A stretch of 64,000 nucleotides of DNA from a virus. Position numbers and translations under genes: made by a program. The stretch lies in the IMG/VR virus record IMGVR_UViG_3300003629_000001; one strand, written 5' to 3'. Shown here one piece after another: positions 30,061 to 40,232 of the stretch. Under the pieces are notes generated by a model. The model did no database searches, was not told the DNA's origin, and worked only from the letters and a program-made list of their open reading frames with translations. Positions within the stretch are counted from its first letter, which is position 1, and the number at the start of each line of letters is the position of its first letter.

Positions 30061-30233
30061 ACATCCGTGATTCGGCTTCGAGCGGGTTAGTTCTTTGGAT
30101 GAAATCACGACAGTAGGGATAATGATAGCGAGAGACGGGTAAACTCGGGTTTACGAACTGGCGTCGATTGAATCTATGAATAATCCCATCCGAAAACACT
30201 ATATGCCTACGTGGAATACATGGAAACGCGACA

Positions 30234-31211
30234 ATGGACGAAGACCAAATTGAAGAACGGCTCGCGGCTTTCGTAGAGGGAACGAACAACGACTTGGACT
30301 GGGCGTGGGAAGTGTACCACAACAAACTCGAACTCGCCAAAGAGCGAGCGGGAGAAGGCGTGGGCGAAGAGACGCTGGCCCCGGCGGCTATCCAAATGGT
30401 TCGCGGCGAACTCGTCAAGGGTTCCCGCACGGGTGGCCCCGTGGAAGAGGTGAACATCCTCTCTATCGGTCAGAGTGGTGTTCAGTCGTGGAACGACGGC
30501 GACGGTGGCAAGAAGGACGTGCTGATTGCCTACGGCGTCGTGAACCCGGAAGACGACCCAGCAGGACTCGGCGTCTTCATTTGCGATTCGGCTGACGGCG
30601 TGGACGTTTACAACTGGAAGGACAAGTTCGGCACGCTTGACACCCTGACGGGGTACTTCCAAGTGGACGAGAGTGACGAACTCTCGAACGTCTACGTTCT
30701 CCGCACGTCGGACGACGCACGCGTGGAAGTTGACGAAGACGACGACATGAGTATGGCGGACAAGCGAGACTACCTTCACAACTTCGTGGACGACAAAGCG
30801 GAAATCGCCACGATTGCGAACTCGCTGTCTGTCACCAACTCTGACGGCTACGCCGCCGAGTTCGGTGCGGACGTGAAGCGTATGGTCGTGACTGTCGTGG
30901 ACTGGTACGCGGGTGACGGGTTCAACACCTACACGGTGCTGGACGACTCCGTTGTGGACGCCGCTGAACTCGGTGACGACGTGGTATCCGACCGTGGCCG
31001 CACGCCGGGTATGACTATCTGGTGTCCTGACGAGTTCTTCAAGTACGGGAACGACTCGCAACTCGAAATCTACGGGACGATTACCCGTGGCGACGACGGT
31101 CAGATTTCGATGAACGCGTGCGGCGTCTTCCCGCTCATTCCGTTCGACCAAGACGAACAGACCAGCGGTGACAGTACCACCGAGAGCAACGTCAGCGAAC
31201 AGAGTATCTAA
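30234..31211 (+). CDS. Putative single-stranded DNA-binding protein (RPA-like OB folds)
   Basis: Helical N-terminus, then OB-like strands (VVTVVDWY...YTVLDDS...LEIYGTITRG..GQISMNACGV) and an acidic tail. First gene of the replication module. Confidence 0.55.
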   Translation: MDEDQIEERLAAFVEGTNNDLDWAWEVYHNKLELAKERAGEGVGEETLAPAAIQMVRGELVKGSRTGGPVEEVNILSIGQSGVQSWNDGDGGKKDVLIAYGVVNPEDDPAGLGVFICDSADGVDVYNWKDKFGTLDTLTGYFQVDESDELSNVYVLRTSDDARVEVDEDDDMSMADKRDYLHNFVDDKAEIATIANSLSVTNSDGYAAEFGADVKRMVVTVVDWYAGDGFNTYTVLDDSVVDAAELGDDVVSDRGRTPGMTIWCPDEFFKYGNDSQLEIYGTITRGDDGQISMNACGVFPLIPFDQDEQTSGDSTTESNVSEQSI

Positions 31212-31213
31212 TC

Positions 31214-32683
31214 ATGGCGGACTGGATGGAACAACAGATTTCCGACGCGGACGACTCGGACGACGCTGACGATACCAGCGTCGAAGCGAAAGGTAACGAA
31301 GAGTTCGCCAGTCAGATTCGGACGATGGTAGCGACCGGGAGTGTCGAAAAACTCTCCGTCTCGCTCCTTCGTGACCGACTGGACGAGGTGGACGACGTGG
31401 AAGCCCTCGAAGCAGGGCTGGAAAACGACACGCGAGAAGAGGCACAGGAAGAGTACGAAGACCGACTGGTCGAAATCGGTGAATACGACTACACCGACCC
31501 GGACGAACCCGAGGAAGAGTCCGAAGCGGCTGACGCCGATACCGAGGAAGACGAGTCCACCGACGCATTCCCCGGTAGCGACGACTCCGAGGAAGACGAA
31601 GAGGAACCGACGCCCGGAGTGGACGAGTGTGTTCACTGTGGCGCGTCCATCGAAGACGGTCACTGTCCCGAGTGCGACGGGGACGAGGATTCGGAAGAAT
31701 CTGCTGATAACCCTATCGACACCGAGGGAGAACCCGAACCGGAACCCGAGACGCCGGAAACGACCGAGACGCCTGACCCCGAACCCGAGACGGGTGACGC
31801 GGTGGGTGACGGTGGCTCTTCGGCTGTCGAAGTGGACGTGAAGAGTATCGCGCCCGACGTGATTACGGCTGACGACGCCGCCGAGCGCGACCCGCGATAC
31901 ACCATGCTGGTGTGGGCCGACCCCGGTCAGGGGAAGACGCACTTCGCGTGTACCAGCCCGGAACCGGTCGTTATCATCGACACCGAGGGGAAGGCTGACC
32001 AAGTGGCCCGGAAGTTCAAGGGCGAGGGTGAAGTGCCGCAATCGCCGTTCATCTTCCAGCCGACGAACTACGACGAAGCCGTTGAAGCGCTGGACTCCGC
32101 GCTGGACATTCTGGACGAGTACCGCAACAAGGCCGGTCTGACCGGCACGCTCGTCGTGGACAGTATGTCCGTCATGTGGGGCTGGTCGCAACAGAAATAC
32201 GTCGAAAAGTTCTACCCCGGCAAGGACGCGAGCGAGGTAGAGTTCAGTTCGGCGTTCGGTGGCGGCCAGTCTGACTGGAAGCAAATCAAGCGCTACCACA
32301 ACGTCAAGTTCCGTCAGGTCATGCTGGACTCCCCGTACCACCTCGTATGGACGGCCATGCGAGAAGACGACTACGAGGAAGCCATGAAGGGCAATCAGGA
32401 CGCGGACAAGCCCGCTGGCGAGAAAGAGAACGCCTACAAGGTAGACGAAGTTCTCCGTATCGAAGAGGGTGAAGACGGCGCTCCGGTCGGCGTGCTGAAC
32501 AAGTCCGGCAAGGTCAAGCACCGGTACAGTGGACTCCGCTACCCGACGTTCGACAAGCACCAAGACCTTGTGAACGGCATTCTCGAAGCCGAGAATGGTG
32601 GTCGGTCTATGAGCGCCCTCGCCGGTGCGAAGGGTGTGAGTATCCACGAAGGGAACCCCAAGTTCCAGAAAGACGACGAGTGA
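31214..32683 (+). CDS. Sak4/AAA_24-like ATPase with long acidic N-terminus and Zn finger
   Basis: MLVWADPGQGKTHFA, VIIDTEG and TLVVDSMS; CVHC..CPEC in the N-terminal region. Confidence 0.7.
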   Translation: MADWMEQQISDADDSDDADDTSVEAKGNEEFASQIRTMVATGSVEKLSVSLLRDRLDEVDDVEALEAGLENDTREEAQEEYEDRLVEIGEYDYTDPDEPEEESEAADADTEEDESTDAFPGSDDSEEDEEEPTPGVDECVHCGASIEDGHCPECDGDEDSEESADNPIDTEGEPEPEPETPETTETPDPEPETGDAVGDGGSSAVEVDVKSIAPDVITADDAAERDPRYTMLVWADPGQGKTHFACTSPEPVVIIDTEGKADQVARKFKGEGEVPQSPFIFQPTNYDEAVEALDSALDILDEYRNKAGLTGTLVVDSMSVMWGWSQQKYVEKFYPGKDASEVEFSSAFGGGQSDWKQIKRYHNVKFRQVMLDSPYHLVWTAMREDDYEEAMKGNQDADKPAGEKENAYKVDEVLRIEEGEDGAPVGVLNKSGKVKHRYSGLRYPTFDKHQDLVNGILEAENGGRSMSALAGAKGVSIHEGNPKFQKDDE

Positions 32684-32687
32684 ACTC

Positions 32688-33038
32688 ATGGACGAAAGAG
32701 TTCGCGTAACGGAATCTTCCCGCTCTCGCTTGAACGAACTCAAGCAAGGGGGTCAGACCCACTCCGACGTGCTGGGTAGGATTCTCCCCGAAGAGGCCGA
32801 CGAACGGCTTGAGAACGAAGAGAAGGTTTCGATTGGCGTCACCCCGGAAATCCATGACCGGATTTTCGCACTGGCTGGCGACGGCGTTCCGGCGTATAGA
32901 GTAGTCGAATACTACCTCTACCGAGAGCAAATGAAGCAGGTCGTCTCGGCTGACGAGTTGCTTGACACGCTCTACAATAGGGGTACTGGCATGGTCGAAG
33001 AGCGGTACATCGAAGACACGGAAACTGAAAATGAGTGA
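32688..33038 (+). CDS. Tandem ribbon-helix-helix DNA-binding protein
   Basis: RVRVTESSRSRLNELKQGGQTHSDVLGRIL, then VSIGVTPEIHDRI. Confidence 0.6.
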   Translation: MDERVRVTESSRSRLNELKQGGQTHSDVLGRILPEEADERLENEEKVSIGVTPEIHDRIFALAGDGVPAYRVVEYYLYREQMKQVVSADELLDTLYNRGTGMVEERYIEDTETENE

Positions 33039-33939
33039 ACAAGAACTCGGTACGATTCGCGGCCCCTCGCAACGCATTCGGGAGATTATCACGCACACGG
33101 CGCTGGCTGGTCGGGGCGACCCCTTCCACAGCGACGTATATCTCTCCGTCACGCCCGGTCAGGTGGACACGGTTGTTGCCAGCGACGGTAACACTCTGTT
33201 GACCTACTGTACGTTCACCGACGACGCGCTGTCGGAGATTGACGTAACTGAAGACGACGCGGACTCGGCACAGGCAATCGTCAACGTGGCGGATTTCCTG
33301 AACTACCTCGATTTCGCGTCTGACGGCGGTGAAGTGGAACTCGCCTTCCGGGGCGAACCCGACAGTAAACTCGCGTCCGTGCTGGAAGTGACCGGGGCGC
33401 TGAACACCCGCGTCATGCTCCCGGCCAGCGAGTCGATTCTGGACGACGTACCGGTCAACGCCATGTTCGACCGGTTTGACGACGAGAACAATTTCCAAGG
33501 CAAGAGCGGGGCGTTGGAAACGAACATCGAAACCGACGTGGAACAGATTCAGCGGCTAATCGAAATCGTCAACTACGACTCCGAGACAGAGTTCTTCCCG
33601 ATTACGGTCGAAGAGGTAGATTCGGCTACTGTTGAAGGGGAGAATGTCGAAGCGGAAGTAGAAGGTGAAGGTGAAGAGTTCGACGGGAGTGGCGAGTACG
33701 AGTTCGCGCTGGACATTGGCCGTGACACCGGTCGGAACGCTGTGTGGGGTGAAATGAGCGCCACGTCAGTTACGTCCGACTCCGAGGTTCACAACAACTA
33801 CCACCAAGGATTCGAGCCTGTCTTCGACACGCTCGGCGGCGACGTTCGACTACAGACCGCTTCCGGGGGCGCTCCCCTTGCTGTGGTTCAGGAACGTGAC
33901 GGAGTAACCCTTCGCCACGTTATCGCCAACGTGTCGTAG
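33031..33939 (+). CDS. pcn: Divergent PCNA sliding clamp
   Basis: The secondary-structure pattern fits PCNA (VYLSVTPGQV, AIVNVADFLNYL, C-terminal APLAVVQ..GVTLRHVIA). RFC and PolB are encoded nearby. Confidence 0.65.
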   Translation: MSEQELGTIRGPSQRIREIITHTALAGRGDPFHSDVYLSVTPGQVDTVVASDGNTLLTYCTFTDDALSEIDVTEDDADSAQAIVNVADFLNYLDFASDGGEVELAFRGEPDSKLASVLEVTGALNTRVMLPASESILDDVPVNAMFDRFDDENNFQGKSGALETNIETDVEQIQRLIEIVNYDSETEFFPITVEEVDSATVEGENVEAEVEGEGEEFDGSGEYEFALDIGRDTGRNAVWGEMSATSVTSDSEVHNNYHQGFEPVFDTLGGDVRLQTASGGAPLAVVQERDGVTLRHVIANVS

Positions 33940-34011
33940 AACTGACTCTCACACTTTAATAAGGTGATACGCAATATTCACATACGATTAAACTGACCGA
34001 ATTGACACACA

Positions 34012-35211
34012 ATGGACAAAGCAACTAACGCGCTCTTCGGAACGTTCCCGAGAGCGGTCGGTGTAACGCAAGATTTCGGGGGGCTACGACAGTTCGTTGT
34101 TCACTCCGCCGGAGAGTTCGACGTGTTCACCGACGCCGTAAACGGTTCGAGAAATGCCTACGCGTCCGTGTCATGGCGTCCAATCGGGGGTAACATCAAA
34201 CTGGACAAAGTGACGCTTGATTTTGACACGCCAGCGAAACCGGACTGGCCTATGTTCGAGGGCGAGAAGCCCCCGGACGACGAGATTGTGGCGCGTATGC
34301 GGAGTGACGACCGAATAGCCAACGACGTGCTGGGAGAGGTGTTTCAGGACGCCAGCGAGTTGGCCCAACGTGCGATAGAAGACGAGGTTCCCCTGATAGG
34401 GGTATTCTCGGGAATGGGTATGCACGTTCACCTACTGTACGAAGAGACGAACGAAGACCTGAAAAAGAAACTCGGCACGACCGCCCGGAAGTACGTGGGC
34501 GACCTGAACCTCGGGACGGCTGACCCGAAAGTCGGGCTGAACGGCGACCAGAAGAAAATCGTCCGTATCCCGAACATCGAACGAATCGAAATCACCAACG
34601 GCGGTGCGAACGTGCGGCCATGCTCGGTGTTTACGATTCCGCTGACGCGGAAAGAGTTAGCGGACGGTATCTCCCCGAGTGAAGCGCTCGAAATGGCGCG
34701 GACGGAGCGAGATATAGACCCGGACATAGGTGAAGACGAGCGCCCGGAAATGGAAATCCACGACCACTACGTTACGGATTTCTCGGAAGAACAGCAGGCG
34801 GAACAGCAGGAAGTGGGCGACTCCGTACTTGGTGACGGTGACGACGACACCCTGCTTGAGTTCTTCCTACAGGAATGGCTGAAAATGCCCTGTATGTACG
34901 AGCGCGTTCAGCAACCGGAACCCGACCACCGGATTCGACAGAACTTCGCCGTGTTGATGTTCAATCTCGGGTTCTCGAAAGAGGAACTACACGAAATCAT
35001 TCAGCGAATCGGCTGGGTTGATTACGACTATGAGACAAGCAAGCACCAAATCGACCAAATCTACCGCCGGGGGTACTCCGACATGACGTGCGCGAGCATT
35101 CGTCGGAAGGGCCTCTGTACGGTGGACGAAGACGGTAAAGACCCACAAGTAGACGACGCGGAACAGTGTCCGACGTTCGGTTGGTCGGGGGGAAAGGTGG
35201 AATGGAAATGA
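34012..35211 (+). CDS. priS: Archaeo-eukaryotic primase, PriS catalytic domain fused to PriL C-terminal Fe-S domain
   Basis: LDFD, FSGMGMHV and IVRIPN, then MPCM..HRIR...YSDMTCASIRRKGLC...CP. Confidence 0.85.
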   Translation: MDKATNALFGTFPRAVGVTQDFGGLRQFVVHSAGEFDVFTDAVNGSRNAYASVSWRPIGGNIKLDKVTLDFDTPAKPDWPMFEGEKPPDDEIVARMRSDDRIANDVLGEVFQDASELAQRAIEDEVPLIGVFSGMGMHVHLLYEETNEDLKKKLGTTARKYVGDLNLGTADPKVGLNGDQKKIVRIPNIERIEITNGGANVRPCSVFTIPLTRKELADGISPSEALEMARTERDIDPDIGEDERPEMEIHDHYVTDFSEEQQAEQQEVGDSVLGDGDDDTLLEFFLQEWLKMPCMYERVQQPEPDHRIRQNFAVLMFNLGFSKEELHEIIQRIGWVDYDYETSKHQIDQIYRRGYSDMTCASIRRKGLCTVDEDGKDPQVDDAEQCPTFGWSGGKVEWK

Positions 35212-35567
35212 GTTCGACCGCCTGTCCCTGCTGTGGACGCCCGGCGAAGACGGGTCAAGCAACCTTGACCGACCACGAAATCGACCGACTCCCGATGGGG
35301 AATCAGAACACGAAGTGGAACGTCGTCCGCTGGCAAGCGGTCAAGGGCGCGGCCATGTACTACGAGGTTCCCGACTGGACGAGTAAAGTGGACGCGTCTC
35401 TGGACTACACAGAGAATATCGCTCTCATGGCGGAGTACGGAACCAACGTCGAAGCGAACGGCGGGAAGACCATGCGAGAAATGGAACCGCACCGCTGATA
35501 TGGGTACTGGCGAACTATCACCCGAAGACATTAAGTCAGTAGACTATAAAACTATAATCGGATTCAA

Positions 35568-36551
35568 ATGACTGTTTCAGACGCGATTTGGGTAGAGAAG
35601 TACCGCCCCTCGAACCTTGACCAGATAGTCGGCAATGAGGATATTGTCGCCCGCATGAAGGATTTCAGTTCCGACGCTGAAATGCCGAATATCATGCTTG
35701 CTGGCCCACAGGGAACCGGGAAGACCGCCATGACTACCGCACTCGCCAAAGAGATTTACGGTGACGACTGGCGGAGCAATATGCTGTCGCTGAACGCCAG
35801 TGACGAGCGTGGTATCGACACGGTTCGTGACCGAATCAAGTCGTTCGCTCGCACTGACACCGTTGGGGGCTACGATTTCAAAATCGTGTTCCTTGACGAA
35901 GTTGACAGCACCACGAAAGACGCCCAGTCAGCAATGCGGCGGGTCATGGAAGACTACAGCGACAAGACGCGGTTCATCCTGTCCTGTAACTACCCCAACA
36001 AGATTATCGCCCCGATTCAGTCACGGTGTGCCATGTATCGCATGGACAGACTCGGGGACGACGGCATTCGTCAGGTCGTTGCGAACGTAATCGCACAGGA
36101 AGGTATTGAGGCGTCTGACGAAGCCATAGACGCACTCGTTCAGGAAGCGGGCGGTGACGCCCGGAAGGCAATCAACACGCTTCAGTCGTGCGTGTTGGAC
36201 GGAGAACTCACTGCTGAAGGCGTACAGTCGATTGCCGGAGCGGTCGGGTACGACGAGGTTCGCGCAATCCTCGAAGACGCGATTGCTGGCAATCTGGACG
36301 ACGCTATGCGGACGCTGGACGTGGACGTACTGAAGGCGGGTGTCTCGGAACAGAAGTTCATCGACACCGCTCTTCGCGTCGTCAAGACGCTGGATATGCC
36401 CGCTGACGCCCGTGCGAAGTGTATCGACAAGATAGCCGAGTGCGACTGGCGAGTCATGCAAGGAGCGAACCCGCACGTCCAACTTCACTCCCTGCTGTCC
36501 GACGTACATATCGCGTACCACCTGTCGCTTCCAAACTACAGCGAGGAATAA
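35568..36551 (+). CDS. rfcS: Replication factor C small subunit
   Basis: WVEKYRP, GPQGTGKT, LNASDERGIDTVR, FLDEVD and IQSRC. Confidence 0.95.
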   Translation: MTVSDAIWVEKYRPSNLDQIVGNEDIVARMKDFSSDAEMPNIMLAGPQGTGKTAMTTALAKEIYGDDWRSNMLSLNASDERGIDTVRDRIKSFARTDTVGGYDFKIVFLDEVDSTTKDAQSAMRRVMEDYSDKTRFILSCNYPNKIIAPIQSRCAMYRMDRLGDDGIRQVVANVIAQEGIEASDEAIDALVQEAGGDARKAINTLQSCVLDGELTAEGVQSIAGAVGYDEVRAILEDAIAGNLDDAMRTLDVDVLKAGVSEQKFIDTALRVVKTLDMPADARAKCIDKIAECDWRVMQGANPHVQLHSLLSDVHIAYHLSLPNYSEE

Positions 36552-37009
36552 TGTCGGACGAAGACGACGAGGTGTGCGAAGAACCCAGCCAAATGGAAAT
36601 GGCCGCTGGTGAACTTCACGTCTTCGCACAGGCCGAAGAGAGCGACGACGCGCTCGAAGCCGTACAGGAAATGTGGAGTCAGGCCCTCGAAGACCTGAAA
36701 GAAATGCCAGCCGAAGAACGAGAGCGAATAGGTCTAAAATGAGTCAAGACGACGCCTACGTACTGACCGACCTTGAGTTGATAGCGGTATCACTGGTCGA
36801 AGAGCCTGTTAACCCGGACTGTCGTTTCGCGGGGTCAGACTCATGATAGCGACCGCTGTCATGTGGTATTCAATCTCGCAAATCTTCGCCGCCGAAGCCG
36901 AGTTCGAGGAACTGGAACCGGACGATGCCCTTCCACTGTACTTGACCCTCGGCCCGCTTCTACTGGACGGAGCGGCGTTCTACTGGCTGTCTCAAGCGGT
37001 GATAGCATA

Positions 37010-37690
37010 ATGGAATACACCCCACCACCGGAAGACTACCAGATAAAAGAACGAGAGTGGCCCGAACCGGACAGAGAGAAGTGTTCGGTAGAGATAGCGG
37101 AATCTACGCCTGTAGTCGAATTTGACGAGTCCGACATGGGGTTGATTGCGAAGTGGGGGCTGTTCCGAACCCGAGCGAAGAACGACAACGAAGACTTGTC
37201 GGATATGGATAATGCACGGCAATCGACGGTCGCGGTCAACAGCGACCTATACGACGAAGTGCAAGAAGTTCACGAAGCGGGTGTCGCTGGCGAATTAGCC
37301 TTCGCACAATACTACGATTTCGATTTCCCGTATAGCGAAGAAGGTGAGTTGGACGACGGATACGATTTCGTTATTCGACTCGGTGATACGGGTGACTGGC
37401 TTACCGTTGATGTGAAGGCTACCCAAATGACTGACGGCGGCCCGTTGCTCATTCAGCAAATGAAGGGCATTCGGGCTGACCTGTACTTCTTGGTGGACTA
37501 CTACCAAGACGAGGAACGGGCTGAACTGGTCGGATTCACCACGGGTGCGATTCTCGGTGATTGTCCGATTATCAGCGGGAACTACAAGGAACCGAACTTC
37601 CAATGCAATCGGAAGCGATTGATTCCTGTTCCTGACCCCGAGGAAGTTGAACTGATTCCGTGGGAGCGGTACGTAGAGGTGTACCAATGA
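37010..37690 (+). CDS. PD-(D/E)XK restriction-endonuclease-like protein
   Basis: GVAGELAF...DDGYDF...TVDVKAT. Confidence 0.6.
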   Translation: MEYTPPPEDYQIKEREWPEPDREKCSVEIAESTPVVEFDESDMGLIAKWGLFRTRAKNDNEDLSDMDNARQSTVAVNSDLYDEVQEVHEAGVAGELAFAQYYDFDFPYSEEGELDDGYDFVIRLGDTGDWLTVDVKATQMTDGGPLLIQQMKGIRADLYFLVDYYQDEERAELVGFTTGAILGDCPIISGNYKEPNFQCNRKRLIPVPDPEEVELIPWERYVEVYQ

Positions 37691-38379
37691 GCGACGACGA
37701 TTCGCTGTACGGGAATTTCGACCCCGGACGTGGGATTGGTAGTATCCCCACGAAAGAGGTGCTAATCTCGAACGACGAAGCGTTCAACATGAACGGGAGA
37801 GTTCCCCCGAGACAGAGTATCGGGTTCAACACCCAGCAGGTGACGGTTCCCGACTTGGAACAACTCGGACTGGAAGATTTGGCTACCGAGTCCCTGCTGA
37901 AGAGCGCTACCCAGCGTCGTCGGGAGAAGATAGAACACAAGACGTGGGAAGCGCTCTTCGACGTGGCCGAGGCTTCGGAAAACAAGCAACTGGACGCCGC
38001 TGGCACTGGCTGTTTCGTGGATACGCTCATGGACGGGTGTAGACAGTTGCACGAACAGGGTGGCGACCCCGAAGACGCCTACCTGTTCATGAATCAGAAA
38101 ACGAAGGGTCATGTCCACGACTGGATTCAAGACGAAGTTCGTTTCAATAGCCCTACTGGCGACGACGGTCAGTATGACCCAGCCACTATTCGGGTTAACG
38201 GAATCAAGTACCAGTGTCTCGTCTCGCCACACCCCGAACCCGACCAGTTGGTTATGGTCTGTGATACGATGTACGCCGCACCCGAGTCCGTCCCGTGCGT
38301 CGTAATCGACAATCTCCCTATCGGGGTAGAGATTCGGATTGAGGTTGACGGTGAAGATAACAACATAGTGATAGACTAA
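37687..38379 (+). CDS. Hypothetical protein
   Basis: Acidic ORF coupled to its neighbours by overlapping start/stop codons. Confidence 0.65.
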   Translation: MSDDDSLYGNFDPGRGIGSIPTKEVLISNDEAFNMNGRVPPRQSIGFNTQQVTVPDLEQLGLEDLATESLLKSATQRRREKIEHKTWEALFDVAEASENKQLDAAGTGCFVDTLMDGCRQLHEQGGDPEDAYLFMNQKTKGHVHDWIQDEVRFNSPTGDDGQYDPATIRVNGIKYQCLVSPHPEPDQLVMVCDTMYAAPESVPCVVIDNLPIGVEIRIEVDGEDNNIVID

Positions 38380-39185
38380 TGCCTTGGAAAGACTACGACA
38401 TTAGCGCGTCTCGAATCAAAAAGCACGCGTCCTGTCCCGAGAAGTACCGACTCCGCTACAAGGCGGACAAACAGCCGACGAAAATGCGACAGGGCTACGG
38501 TGAAATCGGTTCCCTCGTCCACGAAGCGATTGAAAACGTCCTGACCGAGCGCCCGGACGAAAAGAACCAGAGCGCCCTGACCAGCCGTCTCAAGCAAGAG
38601 TTCTACGAACTCGAAGACAGCGGCGAGTACGACATGGACTTGATAGACGACCGGCAACGGTCGGACGGACTGGACTGTCTCGAAATGGCCGCCAAGTGGC
38701 TGGCGAAGCCCGACAACGACGTAGAGTTCCGAGATATAGAGGCTGTCTGTCACTACAATCTGGACGGTATTGACCGGACGGCTATCGGGTTCATGGACGT
38801 TGCCACGATGGACGGCATTTGGGACTGGAAGACCGGCACGATTCGGGGCGACGAAACCGAGCGTGACGAAATCATTCAGGGGGCCGTCTACATGGGCGGC
38901 TACCACAACGAGTACGGTGAACTCCCGAAGTACATCAAGTTCATCTATCTCAAAGAAGAGAAGGTTCGCACCGTCACGCCCGGCGAGGAAGCGTGGAACG
39001 AAATGCTGGGCTACGCCCGCGAACTCGTCAAGAGCGAACAGACGGACACCTATGAAGCCGACCCCGAGGAAGGAAAGTGCTACTTCTGTGGGTTTGAAAT
39101 GTGGTGTTCGGAATCCGCTGTCTCGCCCGGTCAGATTCAAGCGGAAATTGACTCCGGTCAGACTGAAATGTGGGACGCAATCTGA
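38379..39185 (+). CDS. Cas4/AddB-like PD-(D/E)XK exonuclease with Fe-S cysteines
   Basis: ISASRI....SCP..Y, GFMD, DWKTG, Q...Y and CYFC.....C. Confidence 0.85.
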   Translation: MPWKDYDISASRIKKHASCPEKYRLRYKADKQPTKMRQGYGEIGSLVHEAIENVLTERPDEKNQSALTSRLKQEFYELEDSGEYDMDLIDDRQRSDGLDCLEMAAKWLAKPDNDVEFRDIEAVCHYNLDGIDRTAIGFMDVATMDGIWDWKTGTIRGDETERDEIIQGAVYMGGYHNEYGELPKYIKFIYLKEEKVRTVTPGEEAWNEMLGYARELVKSEQTDTYEADPEEGKCYFCGFEMWCSESAVSPGQIQAEIDSGQTEMWDAI

Positions 39186-39186
39186 T

Positions 39187-39642
39187 ATGGATACTGAAGA
39201 CAAATACCTCGAAACGGAGTTCTACGTGGTCATGGCTGGCGGAACGCCACCCCATCACATTCAGGACTACCAAGACGAGCGGATAGCCGACCCTGACGAC
39301 AGCACTGTCGGCGTAGACCGGAGCGGACTCCGCGACCACCGCGCGCTGAACGAAGATGTGCCTATCGACGGTCAAATCCGATTCTACTGGCCTGACCGGA
39401 TGGAACCCGACTGTGAAGAGGGCTGGAAATCGTTCGAGTTCCCGTTCCGGTCGGTCGAAAAGGACGACGCGCCGTGGGCGGCGTACCCGGACAAGGAGAA
39501 CTTCAGCCAGCACCCGGTGTGGGAGTGGCAAAACCCGAACGAAGACCCACATGAGAAACTGACGCTCAAGCCGAGTATCGGTGTGGGGTCGCCGCTGACG
39601 TTCCACTGCTTCGTTCGAGACGGCGAGGTGGAATGGATATAA
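39187..39642 (+). CDS. Hypothetical protein with DUF6527-like C-terminus
   Basis: WEW...LTLKPSI......HCFVRDGEVEW. Confidence 0.45.
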   Translation: MDTEDKYLETEFYVVMAGGTPPHHIQDYQDERIADPDDSTVGVDRSGLRDHRALNEDVPIDGQIRFYWPDRMEPDCEEGWKSFEFPFRSVEKDDAPWAAYPDKENFSQHPVWEWQNPNEDPHEKLTLKPSIGVGSPLTFHCFVRDGEVEWI

Positions 39643-39926
39643 TGGGCGACCCCGAGTCTCTGAAAGCCGAGAGCGATATTACTCACAGTAGGGGTAATAG
39701 ACACGGCTGTCCTCAATGCGATTGGGACGGCGAAGTGGCTGTAACTCACGACTACGACCACGTTTACTATACCCACGTAATCGTCCGCAACAGGGAGTTA
39801 TTCGTCGGAAACAAGTGTTCTCGTCGGACGAAGGAACGGCGCGAAGGCCCCCTGACTCGGTTGTTCCGACTGTTAGGATTATAGGGCGATAGTTTTATAG
39901 GATTATGCGAAAGACTCTATAATGGA

Positions 39927-40115
39927 ATGTCCCAATCTGACGAGACTGACGAACAGCCTATCAAGACGGTTGTTATTGATAACGGTCTTCACACTGCTGT
40001 CAAGCGTCTTTCTGACCTTGAAGATATGTCGATTCAGGACACGGTTGACGAAATCATCCGGTCTGACGACGACATTCAGGAAGAACTTGACATTATCGAA
40101 GAGCGGCGTAACTGA
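39927..40115 (+). CDS. Small RHH-like DNA-binding protein
   Basis: IKTVVIDNGLHTAVKRLSDLEDMSIQDTVDEII; TATA box TTTTATA at ~39893. Confidence 0.55.
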   Translation: MSQSDETDEQPIKTVVIDNGLHTAVKRLSDLEDMSIQDTVDEIIRSDDDIQEELDIIEERRN

Positions 40116-40232
40116 CGGAGAGAGGCTTGGGACACCAACGGGACTGACGGGCGGTTTCACACAAGGTGATACTTTCGACGTAAGCACACACGCGACCGAG
40201 AACCGAGCGCTGACCGAGACGCCCCTGAACCA

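Noticed and set aside
38379-39185. Cas4-like gene as evidence of a CRISPR-Cas locus
   Set aside because: No repeat-spacer array or other cas genes were seen; solo Cas4-like nucleases are common in viral replication modules.
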